Below, in pieces: positions 21,622 through 35,471 of a DNA stretch of 64,000 bases. Numbering within the stretch: position 1 is the stretch's first letter; every line of letters begins with the position of its first letter. The notes under the pieces were generated by a model. The model was not told where the DNA came from. It was given only the letters and a program-made list of their open reading frames with translations, and did not search any database. The stretch is taken from assembly GCA_002269645.1 (NCBI GenBank), contig NIVC01002316.1, positions 11,592 to 75,591 on the forward strand. The letters are read 5' to 3'. The position numbers and the translations under genes are program-made. The stretch is from Macrostomum lignano. Lineage: Eukaryota.

Positions 21622-24600
21622 TTAGTTCAGCTCAGCATCACTGAAGCCCAACTCGAGAAGAAAAGTGCGAACTTCTTCTAAAATATTTTCGGACGCCTCA
21701 AGCGCAGACTTCGCATCCTTGCGACTCAGCGCCGACGGGTCGCTGGATCCGCCCGGGTAGCGACAGTCAACGGAGCCTGCGATCGGGTCAAAGCGCCAGC
21801 AAAAGTCAAAAGACGACGCTGCATGTCCTGTTGGACAATCAAGCCAAGATTGTCTTGCAGCCTGTGGCTCTTTACTGCCGGCTTGCCGGACGCCAAAACC
21901 GCCGCCTTGAGCGCTTTTTCAGCCGCCTGATGCGCTTTGTAGACAGCCCAGTTCGCTGCTAGGCGCTGATCTCTGTGTATGTCATTACCGCCGGCGCGGT
22001 GGTCGTCGCGAGCAACGCGCCAATAGTGCAGGGCGATATCGCGACCTGGCGAGACAGTGGCAGAGCTGATGCAGGATGTACTGCAAGAAGAGCGGAAAAT
22101 TTTGGCCGGAAAACTGAACTCTCCACCTGATGTAGCGGCTGTTGGAGCGCGTCGTTTCCTAGTTGACAACGTCGTAGTAGAATCAGGTGAGTCCAACTCT
22201 AATAGCAAATGACCGGCAGTTCCTACGTCATCAGCATCACTCTGCCATTTTGAGAGCATCTCGCGCACAAAATTGGATCCAATGCGCGCAACTTGTGTAT
22301 TTACATAATTGTGCAAGGCTTGCACAAACGATAGACTGCTGGTGCTTTCTGTTCTGTGATCAAAGGTTGCTGAATGTCGGCCAGGACTGCAGTGCTGAAC
22401 CACTCTTCTAACAGCGAGTCTGCAATCGCTTGAGGCTGGCAGCGACTGACCTTGCTGCAGCAGACGCGAAAGTTCCTCCTGAAGCGCAGCATCTTTCTTC
22501 ACTGGAGTCGCCTATGTCCGCCAAGCTTTCTCTCTGCTGTCTGATGTTAAAAAGTTCTAGTGCTGTACTGCGCACAGTACATTGGCTCCACTCAACCGTG
22601 TACTCCTGCAGCACGAGTTACTACTGCTCCTGTCACTCCTAGCAACTACTCTAGCAAGCACGAAAGTATCAGTGTCATCATTCTCAGTCCGTTGGTGCAG
22701 AGCTACTAACTCACCGGGCTCAAAACTGCAGTAGACGGTCATGCTGGAAGCTGGTAAGTTCTTGGAGTTGACTGCGAAGCATGGCCGGAACCAAACTGCA
22801 AGTGCAACGTCACAGCGCTCTTGCTCTGCACCTTCATGGCCAAAAGAACAAGTGGCTACATTGTCTTTGTCAAGCTCCGTTGCTATCAAGGTTAAGTCTT
22901 CAAAACGCAGCCACGTTTGCATATTGCCGCAAATATCCGTCTTAAATCCAAGCACACTAGAAACAAAGGAATTAACAACAACTGTGAGCTCCTTGTACCA
23001 TAACGTAATATAGTCATTGCCACAGTCACTGTCTGTGTGCCTCACGTAGATAGTTTTCTCAACTAAAAAACTTTTCTTTTCCTGCTGCGAGTCAACGAAT
23101 ACTTTGTCATCTACTGATAATACGGACATTAAGTCCTTCATGCACTGTACTTTTAGCTCGACCAGAGCAGCTTTCAGCTTGTCCCGACAAGTCTCAATGG
23201 TTAAGCGGCCACGACCATCCGCATGTTGAATGATTCGGACCAGTCCGTTCAACATATCAGGATGAATCAGCTTCTTCTTCACAGTCTGAGCAACTAAGCA
23301 GCCATTTATTCTACAGTGCTGACTGTTGTCTGCCAGGCGCTCGTTGACAAGTTGACTCAGTGTCCGGACACCCAGATTGTCGCGCAGATATTTGTTTAAC
23401 ACATTCTGTTTGTCCGAGTTAAGGTTTGCAAATTCGATATCTATAAGCTGTACATGTAACTCACAGTGACCTCCAATTCGCTTGTAATAGTCCGGTGCGT
23501 CGTTGATAGCCAGATCCAGCACATTCTCCATACAGAGAACCTGCTTATCCTTATGTTTAGAGCTAGTTGTGAGATACAGCGGTGTTGTTTTCTGACTGAA
23601 ATTTTGCTCATCGCGATCTAGCAGATTAGTCATAACAGATAAGCATTCGGAAACTACATTCATTTCTTCTTCTCCAAGAGCATAACTTGTGTCTGATTTT
23701 TCCTTCAAGCACTGCAGCGCATAGTATACTTGACTCATCGTAATTTCTCTGGTCGCGCCAAAAGTTTCGAATACTTCTGAAAACTGCATCAGTTCTCGTG
23801 GACAAGAAATAATATAAGGCGGTATTTCTTTTGAACTAACAAGGCAAATGCACTTGGCGGGTAGAAATACTTTCCATTATCAACGATGACGAACGCGACC
23901 GCCTTAATATTTCAAGACTTGCAAATTCACTTAATCGTAAATTTTTTTTGATATGCAGATAAATTTTATTCATAATCTTTTTCCTAAGTTCCACATTTTC
24001 TTCTGATAGACGCACAGACAGAAAAGAACTGCTCGAAAGCAAATTATTCAAGTGCTTCTTGAAGTCATCGGCAGTGGGAACCTGGCGTACTGCAAGCTTG
24101 CCAAAATGCTGACTGATCTGCTTCACGTACTCTGGACAGATTGTGCTTGCCGTCCAGCACAGAAATCTATTAGAGAACCGAACTGAGTCTCTAAGCTTAA
24201 GCATTTTTGATTGCTTGACTTCAAAAAGAGACTGTAGCTCATTGAGCTCATCAGAGACAACGAATGAATGTTTGCCAGGCGGCCCAAGCAACTATCACTT
24301 AGAGCGGAACCTGGTGTTTTAAGTACGATATTATGGCTTCAGATTTTTTTGTTACGTCGGCCGTAAATTTTCCCTGTCCCTCTTCTTCGAGATTTTTAGC
24401 AAACGAAAGGAGTAGGTCTTCTGAGCATTCGGAAATCAGTCCAGCATGATTTAATAGCTTTCGCATACTTTGCTGCCGATAGTGTGAAGGCAAAAGCTCA
24501 TCCTCCGGAACAATATGCTTGAAGAGTTCAACGCTGTCATCATAGAACGAAGTGGCTAAACGCCATCTGCCATGAGCGAACACAATCTCTGTGGATTTTA

Positions 24601-27600
24601 GAAGAGCCAAAACATTCTTCTGTTCAGCTCTCAGCTTTTGTTCCGGCAACAACTGGGAAACTTTCTTCTGAAGCATATCGATATGTTGAAACTTCGTACT
24701 GTTAGAAAATTCAGAAAACACTGGCAAAAATGAAGCAGCATACGCACCCCATTGGTCCAAATTGGAAAAGCTCAGGCAAGTAAACAGGTTCTTTAGCTGG
24801 TTTTCTTGTTTAAGTAAAACCGTAGATTGATCCAATTTCCATAAGTGCATGTCAGAGGTGGCTATCTTAGCTGACAAGACGTAGACAGTTTTGTCGCTTA
24901 CGCTGACGCATTGACCATCGAGTGTGACGAATATCGGCAACTTCTTTACAATTGTACACAGCTGCTCAACTTTGTAAGCCGACAACAAAGACTGCCAGTT
25001 TTCTTGGATGTATTGTAAAACAACGAAAGCTTGCCTGCTGCTAGGTGACTTGCTCATTAGAATACAATTAAAAACACGGAGCATTTTAGCCGGTCGATCT
25101 ACCGAGCCGCAGTGGCTCCGCAAGAAAGAATTGTCCGAGTTGATTTTCGGACAATGCAGCTCATCAAGAGCAGCGAGAAGATCGATGTTTAGATTGCTGA
25201 GCGATGCATATCCATCTACGCATAGAACACACGGCAAAAGAGAAACTGTTGCAAGTTTCGATTGAGAAGAGTCATTTGAGCCGACTCAATAGGAAGCAAA
25301 GCTGCATTTGATAAACAAGAGAGTTTATTTAACTGATGCGATTCAGAGTATAATTTCGATGAAAGGAATTCCCAAACATTAGTCAACCATTCGTCAGAAA
25401 CAAAAGCATCACCAGTCGAGTTTATGTTAGGAATCAAGCGTCTACTTGAGCAGATCAAATCAGGGAAAAACTTGGCAAGGAGCTCACTGAAATCAGCAAT
25501 TCCAAACTCTTTGAAAAGTCTTGATTCGATTGCCTTTTTGTACGACTCAAAATTTTCGGAGAAAATTTTTAGAACGAGTTTATGAACAAACATTTTTCGA
25601 GCATTTGGATCGGAGAAAATTCGTTCTGACCATGAGGTCAGGAATGCCGCTTTCTCTGTTGAAAATAATTCAAGGACATTGTCAGCTGCCAAGTTGAGTG
25701 GAGTTCCAGTAAGCAGTTGCACTTCATTATGCGCATCTGAGGCCGTCGTGTATGATCGCGTAATGAATTCGATCACACAAGCGACATTTTCTGCATTCTG
25801 GAAAGCGGTTTCCTCCACTGACTTTGGGAGCGCTCTGCGAAGTCTTGCACACAGTGGCCCATTTAGATAGTTTGACAAAACTGCTGGACTCAAAACGGGA
25901 ATGTAGCTCTTTGTTTCTAGACTGCAGTTATACACGCGAAAGCGCGATATTAAATGTTTCAACTTTTCGTTTTCAACGACCAATGGAATACCCAACTGCA
26001 TCAGCACTGGTCGCTGATCATGTATGCTCTCGCTTTCCACTAAAAAGCATGTCTTGCCGTCAACTGATTCCTCCGATGTGGCAAGTGGAAGCCAAGAAAC
26101 GGTTCTATTCGCTCCAGACTGGCATGGTAGCAGAGCCCATCGGCCTGTCAGAAGTTCTCCATACAACCTATTTGCCATTTTGGCCCACAATGAACTACTT
26201 TCTCCTAGTTTTGGTAGCAAACAGCAGTAGCAATCAATTGAAAGGTCAGGCTGCTGTTTGATTGCGTCCAGCATCGTTGCATAGCAGTGGGGAAGAATTT
26301 CACATGTGAGCATATCGTTCCACTGCGTCTCTGCGTCCACTGAATGACCGCACCACAGAGCGCGCCTTGACGGGTCAAGTACAAAGCAACCGTTAATATG
26401 AACCGGTAGTTTCGTGCTTATTGGCAGTGGCAAAAGCGAGTACACACGATAAATCTCCGTGTCTCTGTGAGTACTCTGATTAGACAGCCTGGCAGCGACG
26501 CCTACTTTTGGAAGGATTGGCCAGCCTCCAGCGGCAACTTTTTTCTCAAGCTCCTTCAGTTGAGCAACAGGCCCATTCTGTGGCAGGCTCACACACTGAG
26601 CTATCATCCATTTTTCAGTAGCGACAGAGCCTTGTTTTTTACTGCCTAATTTGTCCGCCTTCTCGCTAATCTCCAGAGTGTAAGCAATTGTGTCGCATGT
26701 CAAATTGGTCAGTGCAGCACCCGGCTGCTTCAGCGACATGCCAACGCTGCGACAAGATGCATTGAATGCAGAAAAATCACCTATTGATGTCGAGGCTCGA
26801 GCATTCGCTACACAAATCTCTGTGATCGTTCCGTCCAGGTGCACCTCCATCAAGGTGATGCGTCGGACATTTGTAAGAAAGAGCATTGTACTGGCAATTT
26901 CACTTTGGAATTCTTCGAAGAGTGCTTCGATCATAGCGCTACTGACTGAAGAGCTGCAGATCTTGGACTTTTCCGCTTGATCAGGAGTTCTCAAGGGTAA
27001 TCGAAAAATCGTGCATCCAGCCTGTTGCAGACGTCCTGGTAGGAAGCCCTCCAACGCGTCCTTGAACATTTCCTTGTGTCTCTGGGTCAGTAGATATTTG
27101 GCACCTGGAATATTTGTACCAGCCAGATGTGTGTACCTGCAGTGAGGATCCAGAACACAGAAAGTATCGCCATTGCTAATTAACTGTGGTACGTCTGTAG
27201 CGTTGTACACACAGTTGAATCCAACACCAAAACGGCCAGTCTTCCACGCTTCAGACTGCTTTGATCCAACGCCCAAGCTCTGAATGCCCTTCAAGTCCGA
27301 CTCGGTGAAGACAGAGTTGCTGAACGCCAAAAGTGCAGGCCCCTGCAACTCATGCCAGGAATCACTCAGCACTTGCTTTCCAGGTAGCTTGCGCTTGTCA
27401 TTTACAAACACGACTTCTGTTGCTTCCGCATCGTCAGCATTTTGAATAAGTTCTTTAAAGAGCTCAATGCCAAGAGGGTAACCCCTTAGGATTCCTTCTA
27501 GACGAGTGGTAAGATTCTCGCTTTGGCCAAAAGGCTCACAAATCTGTCGGAGGGTCTGTTCTCGTTGAGTTGGCACTCCAAGGCGCTCGCAGATCTCATA

Positions 27601-30600
27601 GGACAGACACTTGTGCGTAAAATATAGACCAGGCATAGGGTCTAGTTGGCTTAACCATGGCAGATTGTTGTAGCACAGTTCTGAGCAGGGTCTCAGTGCT
27701 CCAGATCTGTCAGGTGCGAAAATCTCCTCTAAGTAAGGTACATGTACGTCTTCGTCAGTATCCAGGTGACTGATTAAGCAGTTAAGTAGTTCAACGCAGC
27801 TTCGTAGAACTGTCGGTGATACCGGAGCGCTGCTGCTTTGCTGATGGATGCGCGCAAGAGCCTGACAATAACTTCTGGCATCAAATCTTCTGGCAACGCC
27901 GAGAGCAAGTAGAAATGGTGCACACTTTTTAGGTTTTCGAAGGTATCGCAACGTGAAAAGATGAGGCGGCAGCTCTGTATCAGTGGGTTCAAACGAGACC
28001 TGCTGTGGAAGCAAGAAGCCTCCAGTTTCATGGAATACTAATCGTTTCCGGCTGTTCGACATTTGAGCCTTTTTCATGCGTTTAATTTCTTCAGAAAACT
28101 GATCGCCAGAGAGGTGCCGGTAAACAGCTTCACATATATCTGTGTAGCAAAGATCTGAAGCTGATGAATGACTACTGGCCAGAGACTGCAGCTGCTGCCA
28201 AGCCAGATCCCAGCTAACAGAGTCGCACACGCCCAGTTCAACTAGCACATCATCCACATCATTAATGTTTAGAACGGTTTCGTCAAGCACATCGTGGTTT
28301 AGACCGACAAGATCTGCGAGGTGCTCGCGGAACAGATTCTGTGGATATTTCAGACAGTTGTCTCCCTTAACAGGCAGGAAAGCAATCCTAGACATCTGAG
28401 ACAAAGCGTAATTTTTTTCCGAACTTTTCATTCCCCGAAGGTAGTAGAGCAGACTGCGAATACGATTGTACTGAAGCTGAGAGTTCAGCAACTTGGAAAC
28501 ACTTTTTGCTCGCTCCACGAGTTCCAGTCCAGTGATGTCCGTGCGCAAGCCAAGGTTGTTCAGAGCTTTCAGTACACAATCATCGGAGCACAGGTCATTT
28601 CGAGGAAACATCGCTGCATCTGCGGAGTCTGGTGTGCGGCAGAACAGGCTGGCAGCTCGGCACTTGGGACTAAGCAGGTCTGCTGGCCTTTTTAGGCTTC
28701 CACGACCGTCGGGTATGCAGCATGTGGTGCGCATTTTATCGCGCACCTTCTGCGTAACCAGTGCGCTGCAGGAGTCAAACTGAAAGCCGGGCCGTCCAAT
28801 CAGTTTTAAAAGAAACGAAATAAATTCTTCAAAGTGCGATCGATTACTGCGCGAAAATATCGTATCGCTCTGCCACAGCTTTTCAGTAGAATTCAGTATA
28901 CGCAGGACGGCGTCTTCTACAGACAGAATGCGGCATTGAAACTCTCGACCGGCGTACTTGATCGCGGCTGCATGCACTTCAGCGGTTAACCAGACGATTC
29001 CATCAGAGACTTGGTCGATCAGACTCTCCAAGTGTTTGGCAACGTTGGTGAAGCTGCGCAGACTTGGTTCGGCGAATTCGCTCCTGGCAAAACTAAGCCA
29101 GCTGTCGGAACAGGGGAACACGGCTGGACCATCTAATTTAAATGCCGACTTGTACAACTGGCGGGCAAGCGGCTCCCACAGTCGGCCGATCTAAAGTACA
29201 TGAGAAATGGTGCGTTGGTGAGCTGACACAAATTTTAGGACTCGTCCACAGCTTAAACTACACAAAAGTCGCTGATGAAGCATTTGTTAAGCACAAAATA
29301 GGTTAAGCACAAGATAGACTCAAGCATCATGAATGGCAATTACTCGTTCGGATATTTTTGAAAATATTTCCAAACGGTTCTCAAAACTCGCTATTCGAAA
29401 GTTTAGAAAAAACTCTTCCATACTAGAAAATCGAATAGCAACTCACCATTCCCTGCGGCCAGAGACGGAGAAACTTCTCGGCCGGGGCTCCATCCTTTGC
29501 CAGCAGTTCCAGGCAGCGCAAATAGGCGGGCGCCACAACGCCTGATAACAGGCAGGCGTTCCACTGGCCGGGGCTCCATTCGCCCCGCCTGTCGTCGCCT
29601 GTCGCCTCGAGCAGGTGGCGCCGGCTCGAGTCGAGCGCAAACGCGCCGTTCAAAAGCACCGGGAACGGTGGAGCCTCAGCGCCAGATGGCAGCGGCAGGA
29701 AGCAGAAGGCGGCCGACTCGGAAGGTGGCAGCTGAGCTGGCGTCATCCGGGATGCCCCCTCGAGACGGACGGCGACCGAGCCGACGGGTGACAGTGCCAG
29801 GCTGGGGTGCTCGGTGGCCATTTTGACCGCCTCGGAGCCTCCCAGCGCTGAAGTCACCAGCCAGCGACGCTCGCGTATGCGGCCAATTGTTGACAGTTGG
29901 CTGACAAAGTTCTGCCGGGCCTGCGGTGGCAGAGATTCGCCTAGGCTGACTTTCACTCGCATTGTGAAGCTGCTCAGCACCGGTTCCTGTCTGCCAGCTA
30001 TTGGCTTCTTCATCACAGCTCGGGCCGCCTTCAGCAGGCTGCAGTGAACCGCAAGCGGCTCCGTCACGCCCGGAGTCGGCAGGCTGTGGCTGGAGAGACT
30101 GCGCTCCAGACTGCGCTCAACCAGCAGCAGCGTCTGACAATTTTGACAGTTGTGAAAATCTTACCACTCTGGACTTTGTAGCATTACATAAAAATTCTTG
30201 GATTGATACAGCTTCCAACATGCAGTAGCCTTATCTGTTTCATTATTCATTATTTATAAATTACATGTAACATGTAGACTTACAACTAATTTTTTCCATA
30301 CGCAACCAACACAAAAACGCGTCATCAGATAAAACCCGGCCCCAAAAATAAAGACCACCATAAGCCAACAACCCTCTTCCCTTTATGGACTGTAGAGAGT
30401 TATTAAAACCATACCGTAATGTGCTACATAAAGTAATACTCTAAGAAAAGTCTATTTTAATCTGCAACCTAGAGACTAGAGTCATGCGCAAGTAGAGTGA
30501 TTTAGAACCCTACGTAGGACCAACGTCTGTTTGATCAAGGAACCGGTTTTCAACAGCTGTGTTTGCTTAACTCCATATAAGGTAATGCTTAAACATGCAT

Positions 30601-33600
30601 GACCGCTTAATCAAACATGTATGACCGAAGTAAATATCCGAGTAAAAAATTCAGACTTGGAGCGGTCTCAAATAAGACTTTGAAGAAGAAAAGAACACCA
30701 ATCTCCGAGGGACTACACTTGTCCAATTGGTGAGCGTTTAACAGCTTTAGTTCTTTGTTGCTAGCATTAATAAGTCGATTAATTGAGTTTACGAGAGCCA
30801 TTTATTGTCGAAATCTTTGAGACAGGCCTCCTTATTTCCTAGAATATATTCTTAGAGGATTTATTTATTGATTTGAGTTATCTGTTACGTTTCGGACGTG
30901 ACGAAGACGCCCTTTAGGAGGATCTATTACAGAACTCAGAGAATTCAATTGTTCATTAGGGCGCACGTTCTATTGTTAATTCCGAGCTCGAGGACCGTCA
31001 AGATCTCTGATTCGCTCTCGTTTTTGGTCGACCCACAGTTAAAGTCAAGGATCCACGGAAGCCAGCCGTCACTACAGCAAGCAAGGTCAGCTACACCCTT
31101 CAAGACAAAGACGCTTGCAAGTTACCAGAGGAGCCGCTTCAGTAAGATTTATTTGATTTAGCATATACCTAGGCACTTGTTCCCCAGTGTCTAGAGTGGG
31201 AGTTTTCGAGTGACTGATCAACACTTTTAAACTCTTCAGGACCAACAATCCCGGTTATACGCCAACAAATCACTTTGTAAACTTCTGATTGACTGACAAT
31301 TCATTCAACAACCTACTTGATAGGCTAACAATTCCCACTAAGTAAACCAACAATCCTGTTTATGGATGAAGATCTATTCCTTACTCAAACGCAAGAGTTA
31401 CTAGCCTATTGCATTGGGACGAACTCTAACCGCCATAATCAGAAATAGCTCCAAATCCAAACCTTGCATTCTGAGTGGCCCTCGCCTCGATAAGCGAGCC
31501 GCAGCCGGCGCACCGACTGGGCGAACATGATGAGATTAGTCGCCTGCTCAGCAGTCTGTCGCATCAGAGACCAGGCGTCGTTAACCGAGTAGTGGAGCTG
31601 ACGGATGCGCGACTTTCTAGCCAGAGCTGGCGAACGGAGCGGCAGGCGGATCAGGGTGCCCTGGTACGGCCTGCCTTGGCGCAGGTCGCAGCCCAGCATG
31701 CCCTGCGAGTTGAATTGCATTAGAATATGTTGGTTCATTTGGTTCTTGTTGATCTTGTTAAGCATAAAGAAACCAAAGCCAACTTTTTAGTGGCACGGGA
31801 GAGGGGCGGGGCAGAGCATCTCAGCGGTAAGCGCGTCTGACTCTCGCGCCGTGACCCCTTGGTTTGATTCCGTGCGCAAACACTTTCATTTGGGGCAGGA
31901 GGGTTGTCGTGTTACGAGGGCCAACCCCCAAGGCATAGAGAGCGTACATGCCTGACGATTAAAAAGCCAAGGGTCGCTGTACACCTTTGTATACACCTTT
32001 TCGCTGTACACGTTGTCGCTAACAATGTAGCGCCATGCCAGTACGCCTACATACCTCGTGCGATTATTATTATTTTGATTATGATCGGAAACTCTGTTTC
32101 TTAGAAATCCTTTAAAGCTGGTTATACACCAAAATATACAAGAAATAGATAAACATTTTGGCACAAAACAGGGGCTTTTAATACAGCTTGCTAGTTTCAT
32201 TGCTCCACTAATTTTTGCAAAGAGCTATTTGAAAAATAGTCATAGCTAAGTCTAGCTCGTGTTTTAAATGACTTGCATTGTCTAGCAATGGAATATCTTG
32301 TAATTAGAAGCAATAAACAGATTTTATTAAAAGATTAGCTCTCGATCTGATTCAAACATAACATCTCGTTAGTGCATTTTGGCGTACGAGTAAAGCTAGC
32401 CTTCATAGAATTTCTAACAAAACGAAATTTTGCATCTTTCTAATAAAGTCGTCCTTCTAAAAACTTGCCTGATAAGGCGCCAACTGATCCTTGTACTCAG
32501 TGAACGCCTCTCCATGGGCTGACAGGTCTAGCCTTACTCCAGTCTGTCGCTGGCCCATGCTCTGGTACAAGTTCTCCAAGTAGCCACCGCCAACCTGGTC
32601 GCCGTGCGGGTCTAGCACCTGCAGCATTTAATGAGACACTTGGATGTTTTCAATAAACACCACCCATTTAATGAGACTCTCGACTCATAGCACCTGCTAT
32701 GCCTGATCTTTGATGGTGATGCTTCTGAGCCCCATACATCAGCTTGATTCTCTCCCGACACTCCTGATTGATTCTCCTGACACTCCTGATTGATTCTCCT
32801 GACACTCCTGATTGATTCTCCTGACACTCCTGATTGATTCTCCTGACACTCCTGATTGATTCTCCTGACACTCCTGATTGATTCTCCTGACACTCCTGAT
32901 TGATTCTCCTGACACTCCTGATTGATTCTCCTGACACTCCTGATTGATTCTCCTGACACTCCTGATTGATTCTCCTGACACTCCTGATTGATTCTCCTGA
33001 CACTCCTGATTGATTCTCCTGACACTCCTGATTGATTCTCCTGACACGCCTGATTGATTCTCCTGACACTCCTGATTGATTCTCTCCCGACACTCCTGAT
33101 TGATTCTCCTGACACTCCTGATTGATTCCCCTGACACTCCTGATTGATTCTCCTGACACGCCTGATTGATTCCCCTGACACTCCTGATTGATTCTCCTGA
33201 CACGCCTGATTGATTCTCCTGACACTCCTGATTGATTCTCCTGACACTCCTGATTGATTCTCCTGACACTCCTGATTGATTCTCCTGACACTCCTGATTG
33301 ATTCTCCTGACACTCCTGATTGATTCTCCTGACACGCCTGATTGATTCTCCTGACACTCCTGATTGATTCTCCTGACACTCCTGATTGATTCTCCTGACA
33401 CTCCTGATTGATTCTCTCCCGACACTCCTGATTGATTCTCCTGACACTCCTGATTGATTCACCTGACACTCCTGATTGATTCTCCTGACACTCCTGATTG
33501 ATTCTCCTGACACGCCTGATTGATTCCCCTGACACTCCTGATTGATTCTCCTGACACTCCTGATTGATTCTCCTGACACTCCTGATTGATTCTCCTGACA

Positions 33601-35471
33601 CGCCTGATTGATTCCCCTGACACTCCTGATTGATTCTCCTGACACTCCTGATTGATTCTCCTGACACTCCTGATTGATTCCCCTGACACTCCTGATTGAT
33701 TCCCCTCACACTCCTGGTTGATTCACCTGACACTCCTGATTGATTCTCCTGACACGCCTGATTGATTCCCCTGACACTCCTGATTGATTCCCCTGACACT
33801 CCTGATTGATTAACCTGACACTCCTGATTTATTCACAGCTGACACTCCTCAATGATAAAAGTACATTTACTGAAACTGGTTGTATCCCATTGAACTCTAT
33901 TTTCTGACACTTCATCACAGTGATAGTATTTTGAGAGGTAAACCATCAGAGGTAAAAGCCGAGAGATCAGCCATCACACCTGCAGGAAATGTCCGCTAAG
34001 CACCGAAGGGACATCCGTGAGGTTGTAAACGGCATTGAATCCCAGGCCGAACTTGCCAACCTGGCCCTCGTCGAGCCGCGCTCGCTTAGTGGCGCCGCCA
34101 AGTCGCAATAAATTATCGAAGTCGCTCTGCGTAAATGAAGCGTCATTGTGCGCCCACAGGCTCGGGCCCTGCGTGACCAAAAGGGGTTGGCAGACAGTTT
34201 CACTAAACACACCCCACAAATCCCAGGATGCCCCACAAATTCCAGGATACCCCACAAATCCCAGGATGCCCCACAAATTCCAGGATACCCCACAAATCCC
34301 AGGATGCCCCACAAATTCCAGGATACCCCACAAATCCCAGGATACCCCACAAATCCCAGGATACCCCACAAATCCCAGGATACCCCACAAATCCCAGGAT
34401 ACCCTCACAAATCCCAGGATACCCTCACAAATCCCAGGATACCCTCACAAATCCCAGGATACCCTCACAAATCCCAGGATGCCCCACAACTCCCAGGATA
34501 CCCCACAAATCCCAGGATACCCTCACAAATTTCAGGATGCCCCACAAATCCCAGGATACCCCACAAATCCCAGGATACCCCACAACTCCCAGGATACCCC
34601 ACAAATCCCAGGATACCCCACAAATCCCAGGATGCCCCACAAATCCCAGGATACCCCACAAATCCCAGGATGCCCCACAAATCCTAGGATACCCTTAAAA
34701 ATCCCAGGATACCCCACAAAACCCAAGATATCCTAAAAACCGCAGGATACCTCACAACCCACAGAATGCCTCACAACCCACAGAATGCCTCACAACCCAC
34801 AGAATACCTCACAACCCACAGAATGCCTCACAACCCATATAATGCCCCAGAACCCACAGAATATCTTACAAGCCAAGATACCTCACAATCCACAGAATAC
34901 CTCACAACCCACAGAATACCTCACCTCACAACCCACAGCATACCTCATAAACCAAAGGATACCCCACAAACTCCAGGGTACCTTACAAACCACAGGATAC
35001 CCCACAAACCCCAGGATACCCCACAAACTTCAGGATACCATACGAACTTCAGGACTGCAAGATACATAAAAAACTCTGGATATTAATGAACCAGACATCT
35101 TTGAATGCTCTGTATAACAAATATAAAGTCGAGTTTAACAATTAAGGATTCATCTGGCACACTTCTTATAGCTAATAGAAATAATTATTTGCTGTAAAAT
35201 GATTTTGAGTTGCTTAAACACAAGCTCAAATGGGCTTTTTCCTCACCTGCCAATCTGCCAGTTGAGGGTCCAGAAGGCTTTTGCAGTAATCTAGGTGATT
35301 TCGTGTGTCCAGCACCAAGGTCAACTCTGTGGCCCCTGCATCATCAGCATTTTGTAGCAGCTCCTTAGGCACAGCAAGGCCATCTGAGTATTCACCTAGG
35401 AGGCCACGTATTCGATCAGTAAGGCTCTCAGACTGACCTCTAAGGATCAGGCCTCGCCTATGCGAATGCAT
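21622..35471 (-). CDS. SACS-like: Sacsin-like protein (~3,020 aa); exons 35471-35247, 34168-33980, 32618-32469, 31702-31463, 30133-29447, 29190-21622; last exon frameshifted in this sequence
   Basis: Two SRR/GHKL repeats (GQSESLTDRI..ELLQNADDAGA..GKFGLGFNAVY and GQSENLTTRL..ELIQNADDAEA..GRFGVGFNCVY). FEPGELV motif, J-like segment, and HEPN (HQAAEKALKA, SHRL, CRYP). All five introns are phase 0 with proper ends, one of them GC-AG. Six or more frame switches between 25.3 and 21.7 kb. The start codon at 35471 is tentative. Confidence 0.9.
31808..31875 (+). mobile_element. tRNA-derived SINE-like head in a sacsin intron (antisense to the gene)
   Basis: Box A-like TCTCAGCGGTAAGC and box B-like GGTTTGATTCC at tRNA-like spacing; no complete cloverleaf. 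Confidence 0.45.
32745..33835. repeat. 22-bp minisatellite (CTCCTGATTGATTCTCCTGACA), ~49 copies, sacsin intron 2
   Basis: Direct reading; explains the three overlapping repeat ORFs. Confidence 0.96.
34210..35040. repeat. 19-bp minisatellite (CCCACAAATCCCAGGATAC) grading into a related CCTCACAACCCACAGAATA array, sacsin intron 1
   Basis: Direct reading. Confidence 0.93.

Noticed and set aside
32612-34736. Long repeat ORFs in all frames
   Set aside because: Minisatellites within sacsin introns; the flanking exons splice around them in phase.
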